Source: Dimorphilus gyrociliatus
Taxonomy: Eukaryota; Animalia; Annelida
Direction: 5' to 3'
Assembly: GCA_904063045.1 (NCBI GenBank)
Contig: CAJFCJ010000002.1
Coordinates: forward strand, 1,262,422-1,326,421
Length of the DNA stretch: 64,000 bases
Part shown: in pieces, positions 39,143-52,921 of the stretch
Numbering within the stretch: position 1 is the stretch's first letter
How the letters are laid out: every line of letters begins with the position of its first letter
Made by a program: the position numbers and the translations under genes
The notes under the pieces: model-generated
What the model saw: the letters and a program-made list of their open reading frames with translations, nothing else
Told to the model about the DNA's origin: nothing
Database searches by the model: none

Positions 39143-41431
39143 TTAATTTGTTCCTTTCCACGATCCTGACGCGCTGGACGAGCTTAATTGATATATGCAA
39201 TCTGTGAGAAAAAGAAAAGAAATTTTATATTTCTCTTTTTACCTATTCGATTAAAAACTTAGATTTTATGTACTCTACATACTTGAGTAAATACGACAAG
39301 TTCGATCGAGTTTGGCTGGATTAAAAGCGGCTGGGTAACGGCGTCTTCTGGGGGTAGTTGTTAAAGTGACGCTTCGTTTTCCTATACAAATATATAAATA
39401 TATATACATATATATTTTTATTTCTTTATATATTAAAAAGCATTTTTTTTATTTTCGATTAAAGCAGAAATAAATAAAATACTAATAATAATCTAATTGA
39501 TATTTTTTTTTATTAACCAAAATAATCTAAATGGATGGAAAGCTGTTAAAATTTATTAGCTTAAAGCCTCTTACCTAGCTGAACTAGAGGAATTGAACCA
39601 TTTAGGCCGACGAGAATTTGTCCTCCCTGCGACACTGAAACAATTCCATGAAAATATACATATAAATAAATTGATTTCTTTTTTGCTTAATACAGATATT
39701 GTATGCATTATATATATATATCTACTGAATATATACGCTATATATATTATTAGGTATATTTACTTCGTATTTTTTGTGACGCCTACTACAAGTTTTTGAT
39801 GCTGCAATTGTAATTGCATAGGTTATCAGCAAAAAATGTTTACTCTTTTTTAAGGGCGCGACTGACCTTTTGAATAACTTTAACTGATGTTCACGAAGTT
39901 TGTACGTACAAGATGTGTTTTTACCTCCGTTCTCAGGTCTAGTCATCTTGGTCGAAAAGCAGCACTTGCAAATTGCACCCAGATAATGCCGCCCTATTTG
40001 AAGATGAAGAAAAAAAGAGGATTTGATCAAATGTTTATAGTTTTAGACAAAGTCTTTTAAGTTAAAAGAGAATATAGAAAATTTATATATTTTATTATAC
40101 TAAATAGATGGTTTACAAATCCCTAATATTACTTAAAGGTTATCATTTCTAAGAGAATGTCATGTTTCTTATTGGTCAACCCTCTGTTTAATTTTACAAA
40201 ATATAAAGTAGACAAATCATAACAACACGCTATCGACGTTTTGTTAAACAATAGTTCCTTAAATGTTGAATACTGTAATTAATAAAAGAAATCTTTACTC
40301 AAACTAAACCTCGGCGGTTCTAGAATCAGTATAATATTCTTATTCATCTTTTGATATATATTTCTATGACTATTAGATTATTGTTGACTGATGTAGCGGA
40401 GAGGATAAATAATAGAAAAAAAGGAAGAAATTTCGTTATCTGTGATCTATTGGAGTTCCAAAACGGATGGTACTTACTAAAATTTTTGCTGGAAATGGCG
40501 TAGATGAAAGGATTGGCACAACTGGAAAAGTAAACGAGAGCTTGAGTGAGAACCTCCAGCAGAATGAAGCAGAGGAAAGAAATACTTGGACTTCTTCTTG
40601 GAGAAAGGCTGTAATAGGTAATACTAATTTTGTATGAATAATAAGGAGCCCAGCAGACTAGAAACACAACCGTTACAATAAAAACCATAATTGTAACTTT
40701 TTTCAATGTTCGCTTAGTCTGTTCAGGTGGCAGCGGTTCGTCTCTTCGTCGTAGGTGCCTGATTAGCTGGAGATAACACACTATCATAACTAGCAAAGGC
40801 AAGAGAAAGCCGATCACAAAGTTCACTAATATTATATGAAAAAGCTTTGTATTCTTCTTTTCGTGGCATTTTCCGGAGGCATCTGCACTATAAATCGTAG
40901 TAAAAACAGTTTCGGGTATAGAAATAACAGCACTAATAATCCATACACAAAAACAAGTCCGAACTGCATTTTTAACCGATCGGTAACTGCAAATATACAA
41001 AAACAAATTTTCATTGTAGAAAACGGTTTGTAAAAGGTTACGTTTTACCTGCGTGATTCAAAGGGCTGAACAATAGCCAGGTATCGATCAACAGACATTA
41101 GAACCATAGTATAAGTTGAAGCGAACAAATTTACTGTATACGAGCAGTACATCAGATGACAAACAACCTTTCCAAACGGCCAAGTATCGTAGTAGGAACT
41201 ATAAATCATTAAGGGAACGCATAGAAGAAAAAAGTTATCGGCAATAGCCAAATTCAAGATGAAAGTAGTAGCAACAGTTCTAAGCTTTTTACTTTTTACG
41301 ATAACTATAATAGTCAATGTATTTCCTATCGTACCAACAAAGAAGGCAATAGAATAAATCCAAAGAGTAGCTTGCTTTGCTGCTAGCTCGAGAGAATTAA
41401 GATCTCTATTTGTTATATTCGTAGAATTCAT
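39143..41431 (-). CDS. Class A neuropeptide GPCR (somatostatin/allatostatin-C/MCH/opioid-related)
   Basis: 7TM with GN, NLAIAD, WPFG, DRY, CWAPY, NPFIY, helix 8 KNFRR and CKCC. Introns: donor 41048 to acceptor 40987, then tail exons 39993-39925, 39381-39283, 39201-39143 (all phase 1). Confidence 0.88.
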
Positions 41432-41924
41432 TTTCTTAGTTCTGTTTAAAGGGGCATATTGCTTTCCAGTTGGGTTTCCATTAGAAAATGAATTGACTTA
41501 CTAAATTTTCCAGGCAATATGTTTCTATACTAGCTATGACTTTCCTCGAAAATCTTGACATTAAAGAGGTTCTCATGAAGTTGTCGTCTAAATCACTTGT
41601 TGTCTTCAGTCTCTTCAAGACCGTTGTCTCCGATGGTTAGGCATCGAAACGCCACCTATGATAGGCTTATCTTTCAACCAATCAGATATTAGGGGGAAAA
41701 GGTGCGAATATTAATAAAAAATATTTTATCTAGTTTCACCTTGATCAAATTTCGTTGACTAAAGTTATATTTCGTTGTTTTATAGTTGAAAAGTGATATA
41801 TAATCTTTTTTTCCAGGTACTTGCTTATTTCGCAAAGTTAACTTCCTTATGCTTCACGGAACGAGAACCAGTTTATATTAGCTGTAAAAGCGTGATCAAC
41901 TCTTCATAGCTACACAAAAAAATC

Positions 41925-42462
41925 ATGGCGGACGAAGATAAAAACGTTGAAAAAGATAATGAAAATAAAGGGAAAAAGCATGATTCTGGTACGGCTGATC
42001 TCGAGAAGGTTACGGACTTTGAGGAAGAAAAGGAAATCTCTCCTCAAAGCATACAAGACGTAATTATGTTTTTAAATTAAGATCTCATTTATCGCTCAAC
42101 CGGATAAATCAAATTTAGGCTATGAAAATTGTGGCTGAAAAGCAACGAAAAGTGAATGAAGAGAAATTACTCCGAGAAAAGGAATTAGCTCGAGTCAAAG
42201 TTAATAAGGAAGACGTCGAATTAATAGTAAGTTAAACTCCAAGGTCTTCAATCCTATATATATAGGTTTATACTGGTCAACTTCAATAGATATTAAAGTT
42301 ACAATTAGTTTTGAATCGTGCCAGCAGATAATATTTTCTATTCTCATTTATATTTTGCTTTTTTAGATGAATGAAATGGAAATTTCGCGCCAGCTCGCTG
42401 AGAGAAAATTAAAAGAGCATAAAAGTGATTTGGTACCGGCTTTACGAGATTTGTTAAATTAA
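41925..42462 (+). CDS. HYPK: Huntingtin-interacting protein K, 3 exons
   Basis: KKHDSGTADLEKVTDFEEEKEI, REKELARVKVNKEDVELIMNEMEISR. Exons 41925-42059, 42119-42226, 42367-42462. Confidence 0.95.
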
Positions 42463-44887
42463 CAATCACCAGGTTGTTTCATGTTAAAATTTTAGGTATA
42501 AATTCTTAGTTTCTTTAAATTTTATAAAAATTAATAAAAAAAATAAATTAAAGAATTCAACATATGATAGTAATTTCTATTGAATCAATAAATTCTTGGC
42601 TTTTTTCTCAGAAGAGGCCTTAGGATAGTATATAATGATGTGGCTAATGCTACTCATAAATGATTGAAAGTCTTATTTAACAAACTAATAGGCTCAAAAT
42701 TGATTTATATTTATCATAGCAGAACTTTTATTTGTGCAAAAATCGCACATAAAAACTACAAACTTGTATTATTAATTATTATTTCTTCACAATTGTTTGG
42801 TGTTTTTTTTATTTACAAAAAAACCCCATTAAATACTATATTGTGATCAAAACCAATTACAATAGCATCAATGGAAAAAGATTAAAAATAAATCATCTAT
42901 TTTTTTCTTTCGCTTTTTTTATGCGAAACTTGTAAAATAGACAAAATCGATCTGAAGCGACAATGAGAAAGATGAAACGGTATATTGATCAACTAACCAG
43001 CTTCACAGTATCATTTGAAATTAACAATTTAAAACTCATTGGTAATTTGGGATCAAACGGCGACTCCCTTTAGCTATTAGGCACAAAACAACCATTCACT
43101 ATTAAGAGATTAAAAGCCAGTGACTCTTTTAAAAACTTTCCGGAGAGTCTGTAAACTAGTTCAAAATTAACACAATTATAAACAAGTAAACTAACTTGAT
43201 TGATTTCAGATTTTGATAGGAAATTTGTATGAAAAGAATTTGTTTTAAATTTTAAACAAATATTTCTTATAGATATCTGTTAATATGCCTTAGGAAAGAA
43301 GAAGGAAATATATACTACTATTAAGTCATTATCAAAATGTCAAAACGACTCTTTAGAATCTATATTCTTCTCTTGTCGTAACGCTATCTTTCCGTCGTTA
43401 ATTGCATGCACAATGCATATTAGCGTTTATTTAGGAAAATTGTGCAAAATTAAAGATTGAAAAAGGAACTCTGACAAAGAATTTGAGCTACTACTACTGG
43501 TCTCTCCGAGTAATTAGTTTCAATGTAACTATTCGTTGCTATTTGAACATCTAAATTATTCATAATGCTGCAACAGCAAAAAACGAAGAAGAAGAGAGAA
43601 TTCCGTTAATAATGATTATGCAATATTGTTGAACGAAATGCAGGTCAAGAAAATGATTTTGGAAGTTAGATAAAAAAAACAATCAACAATTATTAAAACA
43701 TTTATTCCTAACCCGTAAAAATGACGTCATGGTTTAGAATAATAGATTTCTTTTTCTTCTCTTACCTTTCTTTACGCCTTTTACCTAAATATTATAATCA
43801 AAAGTATAAACTATAATCATATGTGTTGTAAGTTTTCCCAAAGACCTTGGTTTGACGTTAATATGGCATCGCGAGAGGGAAATCTATGCTTGTTACGTCT
43901 GTTACCCAGTAGACATAAATTTTTGTTCACACTTATATTTTTTTATTAACAATTTCATAAATCGAAGTTCTTATAAGTTGTCTTTTCTTTGTTGGTTGAG
44001 GAAATCCGTCTTTCTTCCGTCTTCTATTCTTTTCCCTTTCCGTTTCGTCAATAGCAGATAAATGAAAGTATACAGGTACTGTTATTTTTAGCGCTTATAT
44101 ACTTCTTCATAATATATTAATATACTGAATATATTGTATATTTTGATATAATCTTCTCCGACTAAAATTCATTAGGTCAAGGGGATCGAGGGAAATTTAA
44201 CCTACAGTTTTATAATATTATTAAATTGAAAAATTTCATTTAGTTTTTTTACTAGTTAAATATTTTAATTAATCGAATATGAATGATGGTAAACTTTACT
44301 GTTTTCTTTTCCTATTAATTTTCTGTTTACGCCCTTGTTCTAGGAAAAAGCTGGGTATGATTATATTCTTCGAAGAAGCCGAATGAATACTGAAGAGACT
44401 GTTTAAATTTGATAATTTTTATAGATTCAATTAAACGAATCTGAGTTAATGCCTTAAAAGATATAGAAATTTCATTACATTCTAAGATTAACTAATTTAT
44501 GATTTATTTAAATGTTATCTATCTGTCTCTTCTTTTCTCTCACTCAACCTTAAAGCTTGGTTCTACATTGACCATTTTTCATTGGTTCCGAATCTCTCTG
44601 TTATTGTCATACACGTGGACAATCTCTTCTATATAACTATTTTAGTCATCGTTCTTAATACTGCCATCTAACGGGAACAATACTAAAAGAGTGTCAAAAA
44701 TGGCAGGACACTGTTTATTCTGCTAATAACTTCCGCAACCTTTTATCTATAACTAAGTGTTTAATAAGTTATATAGACATTTGTATGTATTGATAATCTG
44801 TTTAATTTTCTGTATTACCACTCTTGTACAAAAATCTAGTTAGGAAACTTTTACTTTTTCACTGAGCGATATTATATTGTTTACAAC

Positions 44888-47764
44888 ATGATATGGGTTG
44901 GTGTAAACTATGATACAAGTAAACAATTATTAAAATTCCAATCTGTAAGTTTAATTACGCATGAAATATTAGAAATCCTATTATATTAGCTATAAATTCT
45001 TCGTAATTTATCAATAACAGGGCGACGATTTGGAAGAGGTGAAAAGAGAAGCTTGTAAACTGTAAACTTTTTAATTAAAAATTAAATGGTTCGCTAATAT
45101 TTACATTAAATAACGATTTATATTAGATTTAACCTGCACGACTATGAAAATTATACATTAGTAATAGCAAGTGATAATGATGCAGAAAAAGGGATTATTC
45201 TGGATAGTGAGGTATTAGAAAAAAAAATCTAAAACAATACCATTTTGTTTATAATGTTCCATTCCATTTAAAGAACATAAAAGATGTCCAAAATGGAAAT
45301 TTTATAACAATTTTTCCGAATCATGTAAGTTCTTCTTTATTAATTTTTTAATTGCTTTTTTTTTAATTAAATGAGAAATTAATTGCAAACTTTTTTGTTT
45401 ATATTTTTTTAAAGATTCAATATGGCGAAAAAATATTAAAATTACTTAATGAGGCCATCACTGACAGGGTAAAAAAAAACCCAATTATAAACATCTTTTT
45501 AAGTCTAATAATAGAAATATATTAACTAATTAACAATTATTTTCTATTAATTATAGCATAAACATGACATAAGACAATTTATTCAATTAATTAAACAAGA
45601 AGTTTACCTTCAATATTTTCTACGAAACGAAGGATTCGATAAAACTCAAAATTGGATAATTAATAATTCCAAGTAAATAAAAAAAAGACTATTAACCTTT
45701 TTAATATTAAGCATAAATATTCATTAAAACAAATGCAGCCATGAATATTTCAATGAAGTTTTCAATTTGTTAAACGCGGTGGTTGAAAGTGATTTGATCG
45801 TTTGGTGTAAAGTAAGGGAAGAACTATTCTCGATGGTAAATACTTCTATCAAATCCGTGTTTTGTGTTGTTTTTTTTTATATCTCACCTACAGTTTTTTC
45901 AATTAATTTCACTCTTTTTCTATTTAAAAAACAGCTTCTAGAGAAAATAAAAACTATTAATGAAGGCACATTGACCTATATTGTTATGTTGACTAGAAAA
46001 TTGGATCATTTAATTGAAAAGTAAGATATAGTCTATTATTTTGTAATTAATTGACTAACTTTAAATAATATTTATCTTTTTATTAATATATAGAAATATT
46101 GACGGAGAAATAGACAAGAACGTTATCAATTTAAAGAATTTATCACTATTGATAAATTAGTATGTTATTTTTTCTTTTTATAATGTATTATATTTATTTA
46201 TTATAGCACTACGGACTCTGAAATAAAATTAGAAGCAATAAAATACTTAAATAAATGTTTGTCTCATTCAAACATAAGTTCAAAATTTAAGAAGGTAATT
46301 AATTTTATTATTAAAACTATATTAATTTTTTCATATATACAAAGTGTTGTATTTTTTTTGCAGAGCGATATTTTAAGTTTAAGAAAGTTTTCATTAGTTG
46401 AACATTGTCCTTCATCATTTATAGAACATTTAAAAACTTTACAATTACTTCTGCTCAAATTTATTTGTAGTGTTAAGATGGATAATTTTTCGGAAAGGAG
46501 AATACTTAGCTCAATCAGTGATCTTCAAAGAAAATTCTTTAATAGGGCTGAAATTGAATCGTTAAAGAACGATTACAGCTTTGAACATTGCTCAAGTCAA
46601 TACGAAGAGAAATTATTTACAACTTTACTAGTAGATTGTTTACTATTTTATGCTGAAAATCAATTGGATGACTTTCATCGGTTAATGAATGAAAAATTTC
46701 CATTTTTCTACACTTGTAAAATGTTAATAAGGAGTTTATGCGACTTTCTAGATCTATCGGAGACTGTAAAAGGTAAGAGTAGATTAAAGTACGTATATAT
46801 AATACATTAAAAACAATAACTTATCTTTATAGAAGACGGAGATGTTATTTCTTTTCAACCAATGTTATTCACTATCGAAAAACCGATTGAAGAGTTATTT
46901 TCTTTAATGATTCAAATATTCGCCAAAACATGGAAAGAAATGAAAGCATCATCCATGGGAGATGTAGGAATTGTTATTGACTTTATAACAAAACTATTTC
47001 AGAGTAGAAGCAAAAATCATATTTTAAAAATGGAAGACTTTAGATCGGAAATACTAAGATATGATTTTAAAAAGATAGAGAATGAATGGAAATTCGGATA
47101 TAGTAGTATTGTAAAGAAAAAAATGGAAAGTTCTCCTGTCAAGTTAGTTTTAATTTTCCCATTAAAAAAAAATTAACTTATATTTTCTTTTATTTTTAAG
47201 GTTTCTGCACGAAAAACTGATATCCCATTTTATAGATGCTATCAGGGAAAATCGACTTAATCAGATGCAACATAAGAAGACTTTAGCGTCAAGTTGTTCC
47301 TTTAGCTGGTCAAAAATATCTCACAATAGACGATGGATATTGACGGATCAAATGAACAGTAAGTAAAAAAGAAATTTTCCTTTTGTCGTATTCTAATGGA
47401 ATTTATTATTTTTATAGTCGAAATAAGTAAGATAGCAAGTATCTCTAGATCCGAAATACAGAGGGATACGAAAAAATCTCAACACACTAATCCTGCCTTA
47501 AAAATTAAACAAACTGACGGAACTGTTATAGATTTTATATTTACAGATAAAGAATGGTGTGATATTTGGGAAGATGGCTTGAAATTTTGTCTTATGCAAA
47601 CTCCTAATTCTGATAGATATAAGGAAGATTTGCAAGATTTAATTAAAATGGAAACACAAGTTAGAGTTTCTAGGATTGATAATATTCTTAACATTCCCAA
47701 TGGACAACCTGACCTTTCACAGCTAAAGCCTGTTCCTCTAATTAACCCACGAGACTTTCAGTAA
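44888..47764 (+). CDS. Divergent ELMO/CED-12-like protein, many small exons
   Basis: FQPMLFTIEKPIEELFSLMIQIFAKTWKEMKAS (ELMO domain), FIFTDKEWCDIWEDGL (PH domain), DLIKMETQVRV, N-terminal KDVQNGNFITI. The start exon 44888-44944 is inferred. Confidence 0.72.
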
Positions 47765-48736
47765 TATTTCAACAATATATGAAGCTATGTTTTCATATAT
47801 TGTATGAATATTTTTGTATATTATATATAAATTTCTATACAACCATAGACTGTATTAAACCGTTCTCCTTTATTTTTAATTGATATAACATCTATCTCTT
47901 ATTGTGACTAATTAAATTTCAAAGCATTTTGTTGGCTCTCCATTCAACATAGGGTATCATATTTCTATATCTAAAGAGTCTATGGTTCTCTAAGCTTTAT
48001 TCGTAGATGCTTTTGTTACGATGATTGTTTTTTTTCATAATACCTAGATAAACATTAAAAGCGTAAACACAATAGAGATGAAGATCTTACCAATTCCAAA
48101 CTGTCTAGAGTTTCTTAATGTAAAAAAGTTGTCTTTTGATAATTTAATAAATACATCACTAAATCCGTCATAATAATAAAATAGAAAATATAACAATGGT
48201 TGTTTGACTAGCAATAGAAAAGAAAACACAATTTCTCTGTCAATTCTATCAGGTCTGGATTAAATTTAGACCTAAATATACTCTTCGCTACTTCATTCAG
48301 CGAACGTAAAAAGATTAATGAATTCCCCAATAAAACATCTAAACTCGATTTGTGTCTCTTAGGAAAACGACCGATCCGAGTGTTTTATCGAATTTTCTAG
48401 AGTTATTTAGGTCAGTTATAATCGATCTTTTATGAAAAAATAACCAGATAAACAGACTAGAAAGTAAAAGAATCAAATCGAATCAAATCGATATTGGCCC
48501 TTAAAGCCAATTTACAGAGAGCCTTACAAGAATAAAAACTATTTTCTATGGACATTCGAAAGAAGATTAGAATCAAGTAGAAGAAGAACGAGAGGAGAGG
48601 GATCTAGACAGGAAAAAAAAGGGGAATTTCTCCTTAAACTTATCGATTTTCAATTTAAATGCTTTATTCCATCATTAATTTAAACATGTTTAGAGTAGAT
48701 AGAAACAAACTACTATATATGTTTGTTCTTATGTTT

Positions 48737-51700
48737 TCAACTATCGTTTAAGTTTGTTGTTGTTTTTAATCGGATATTCATTAATTCTAATTGCTGATTT
48801 CTAGATTGAAAATGTTCTTTCTCTTCAATCTCTAGTCTTGCGGATTCTTCCGCAATTTTATACAATCTTTCCATTTCCCTTAATCTTTCTTTTAAACTGT
48901 TAAGTTCATCTCTAAGTTTTGAATTTTCTGCTAGTTTTTCGTTTGCCTGACTTCGGCATGTTTCTAAATCTTGAGCTAATTTCTGCGCCGATTGAAAGAA
49001 TATAGCTCTTTCATTGCTGTATAACTGTAACTGCTTTTTCATATCTTCAATTAGTTTTCCGTCAACAATTGAGCTTGTATTCCTTCCTATGATATCTTGT
49101 TTCTTTTTAAGAGAAAAATTCTCACTCTGTAATTCAGCCAACTGCAACTCCAGGGTTTGGACATGAGCTTCCTGAGCATAGTTACTTGTTCGCATTGAAT
49201 TTAGTTCTTTTTGAAGAATAATAACCTGATCCGTTAATTGTTGCGTTTCTTTTGGGCTTTCCTTTTCGACCTGGAAGTTATCGATCGTTCTTCTTTGAGC
49301 TTCTTGCTGTTTAATTGTCTTAAGAGATTCCATGCGTTGTTCGCAAAGTTTACGAGATGACATCTCTTGGTGTAGTCTTCTCTTTAAAGCATCAATTGTT
49401 CTTTCAAAATTCTTATGCGATATCTGTATACTTTCTTTGGCTTCCTGTACAGCCAACAGAGAAGCTTCGGCCGCCTTTAATTCGCTACTACGTTGATTTA
49501 AATCGTTTCGGAGTTGCTGAATTTCTAATTCAGAATTTGAGGAGATTTGCTGAAGTTGAGTACTGAGAAAAAAAACTTCCTTCGTATATTGTTCTTTAAC
49601 AACTTTCAGTCCTTCTTTCAATTGTTGAATTATTAATTGAAGTTTATCATTTTGTTCTGTGAGCTGCTTTTGCTTCTCTATTTCTTCTTGTAAGTCAATC
49701 TTTGATTGGTTAACTACTGAAGATACTTCTCTAAGTTCAGTTTCAGCTTGCATTAGTTGGCATTCTAACTCTTTCCTGCCTTTTGCTTCAGAGTTAAGTT
49801 GCCCAATTGATTGATAACAAGATCTTAGTTGTAGCTCTTTCGCTGATAATTGATCCCTGATATCCTGGAGTTCTTCCCTTAATTTTGCAGTTCCCTCCTT
49901 AACAACTTCCTTTTCGTTATGAGCGTGTGACAAATCACTCACAAAATCCGATTTAATGTTATCAATAGTTTGTTTATATTTAGCTTGTTCGTTTAACAGC
50001 ATTTCTTCCTGATTTTCCAATTTTACATGTAATTCTCTTACTTCGTCCAATAACTGCTGATGATCATTTTTATATTGTTCGTTTCTAACTCTCTCCTCCA
50101 TAAATTTTTGCTTATAGCAAGATATTTCCAATTCATAATTCTTTATTCTATCTTGGAGATGCACTTGCTGCTTTTCTTCTAAGAGAAATTGCTCTCTTAA
50201 TGACATATGTAAATTCCTTTCTTTGTCTAGACTAGCTTGAAGAGTTTCCATTTCTGTTTTTAATTTATCGTGTGAACTGTTTATAAATGTTAATTCGCTC
50301 TTAAGGTCAGAAAACTTTTTCCTCTCTTCCTTTTTCTGAGATTGTTCCAAAGTTATCTGCTGCTTAAGATTTTGATTATCTTTTCCTAAAATTTTATTAC
50401 TTTCATTTAACTGATTTAACTTTAAAATCAAAGACTTTTTCTCATCTTCGGCAGCTTGATATTGAGCGTTAGAAAATCGTAGATCGGCTTGTAATGATAC
50501 AACCATCGTTTGGGAATTTTCATATAATTTTTCCGTTTTAATTACAGATTGTCTAGCATCGCCCAATCTTCTTCCACTTTCCGTAATATCACTTTTCATA
50601 CTTTCTAATTCTTCCGCCAATCTTTCAACATTTCGAATTAAAGCGTATTTATCCGAAAATGCTTTTTCTTTTTCCAATTTCGCTTGTTTAACATCTTCTT
50701 TTAGATTAGCGCATTCCTTAGACTTAATATCTAATTCCAAAAGAATCTTCTCTAATTCATTTCTACTTCCAATATTTTCGTCTGTAACTAATTCCAATTT
50801 TCTAGTTAAATCTTCAACTTCTAGTTTAGTCGCTTCTAAAATATTAGCTGTCTGCTCTACAGCAGAAGTTTTCGTTTCAGCTAATGATTTGGCAGCAGTA
50901 ATTTCTGTCATTAAAACGCTGATATCTTCTTTCATAATATCAATCGCCTCTGTATACTCTCGTTGAGTTTTCATCCTCTCATTTTCGCAATTAGATAATT
51001 GCTCCTTAATACTAATTATCGTTGAGTTCATATCAGATTCTGTTTGATGCAATTTATCTATGAGAACTTGTTTTTCATCTACCACCTTGGACATCATATT
51101 TTCAGCATCTCTTTTTGATTGATTAGCTTGATGAATTATATTTTTAGCAGTTAATAATTCCCTGGTCATTTCTTTAAACTGTCTTATTAGTTCAGTATTC
51201 TCCTGAACGGTATTACTCAAATTATGCTTTGCACTCTCGAAATCATGCCTTAATTTTGCATTGTCGATTTCCAATGATCTAATACGTGATTCGGCATCTA
51301 CTAATGAATTAACACTCGACCATTTACCCTCTTCCAGTAAAGCGAGGACGCCGTCTCTTAATTCGTCGTTTTTAGCTTGTAAAATACCTTCTAATTTCAA
51401 GTTCTTTTCCTCCTCCCTTTCAAGATCTGATTTATAAATACGAAGTTTTGAAATGGCAGTATTATAATCCTTTTCAAGCGTGTCAATTTTATGTTGCAAT
51501 CTAGTAACTTTCGGATTATTTAAAAGTTCCTCAGACATGGAACTTTCCGTATCAATCAACCCGCTCTTTGAAATATTTTTCTCCAATAACAATTGATCAT
51601 CTAGCTGATGATCGTTTTCGTCAACTGTTTTATTATTGTTATTATTTGTATTATCGTTGTTATTACTAGAATTTCCTTTTGACGATTGCCTAAAAAATAG

Positions 51701-52554
51701 GTCAGTTTGCGAAAGTTCTCCGTCAGCTATCGTCTCTTTTTCCTGATCAACTTTACGTAGTTTCTTTTTTAAAGAATCCATATTGCAACCTAACGTGAAA
51801 ACAGCTCTTTTAATGTCAAGTTCAAAAAGGTTAATTTCCTCCTGAGAATAGGCTAAAGAAGGTAAACTAAAATTAGGTAATTTTTCCCCTTTTTTCACGC
51901 GATCTAGCCGACAGACTGTCTCCGGTAATAATAGAAGCTTCTTTTGGACGACTGGGTCACGTAATATTTGTATAATTGAGAAAGGATTACTAAGTATTCT
52001 ACTTTCGTATTCTGGATCTGAACGTATCAGTGCAGATAGGGACGTATCGTCTAAAATCGCCTGTAAAAGTTCATGATCTCTCTCAATTACATCGATAAGG
52101 CTCGGTTCTAAGATTGTATAGACCAATAGGTCATACAACGGTATGGTTGTTTTAACTTTCTCAATAATTAATTTGTTTTGAAATTCTTCTTTACGAACTA
52201 GCTCGATAATCTTTGGTTCTTTTTCCAGTTGTTGCCTGCACTCGGTTTCTAACCATAATTGAGCGAGTAAAGTGGTATTCGTCATTAAATAGTCACGGAA
52301 TTCTTTGTCACGAAGAAGTTTATCTTTCATCTGTTCATCTTGAAGAATAATTTTCAAATTGGTTGGATCGAAGTAATTTGAATTGTTGTTTCCATTAGAT
52401 GATGAAAAAATTTCGTCTATACGATAACCGATGTTTTGTAGAGATGTCTATTATTTATTTAACTATATTAATAAACATAGAATAATATAATTAATAAAAC
52501 ATTCTAAACCTTATTTAAATTCTTTTGATCTTTCATATTGGACTTGTTTGGCAT
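48737..52554 (-). CDS. Large coiled-coil protein (~1250 aa), family not identified
   Basis: One 3.7-kb exon (52447-48737) plus a predicted 45-nt first exon 52554-52510 (MPNKSNMKDQKNLNK, phase 0). Heptad-rich from about aa 330. Confidence 0.8.
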
Positions 52555-52921
52555 TGTTGTCTTATTTAGTTATTTAGATAATAACAAACAAACAAAATCA
52601 ATAAATATCTATATGCTTTACTAACGAATATTATTAATAATTCGAAACTTAAAGCAAAAAAACAAAACGTATTGTTTTTATACTAAATAAGTCAAATGTT
52701 TGCCAAATACGCTTTTGATAAGGGAGATAAGAAAGAGATAAAACTTCCAAGACTGAAAATACAAGTTTTTTAATTTTAAATCAACGAAATGATTTCATCG
52801 TTTTCCTTTGTTTGTTTTTATTTTTTATGTTAATCATTCATTTTCAAAATACAAAAAAAAACAACTATTTATGTTAATTAGATGTAAATTATATTTCAGT
52901 TATGTTTAGATCAGTAAATTA

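Noticed and set aside
42500-44600. Two-kb gap with short open frames and a CRE palindrome at 43721-43730
   Set aside because: No coherent gene model or recognisable RNA could be supported.
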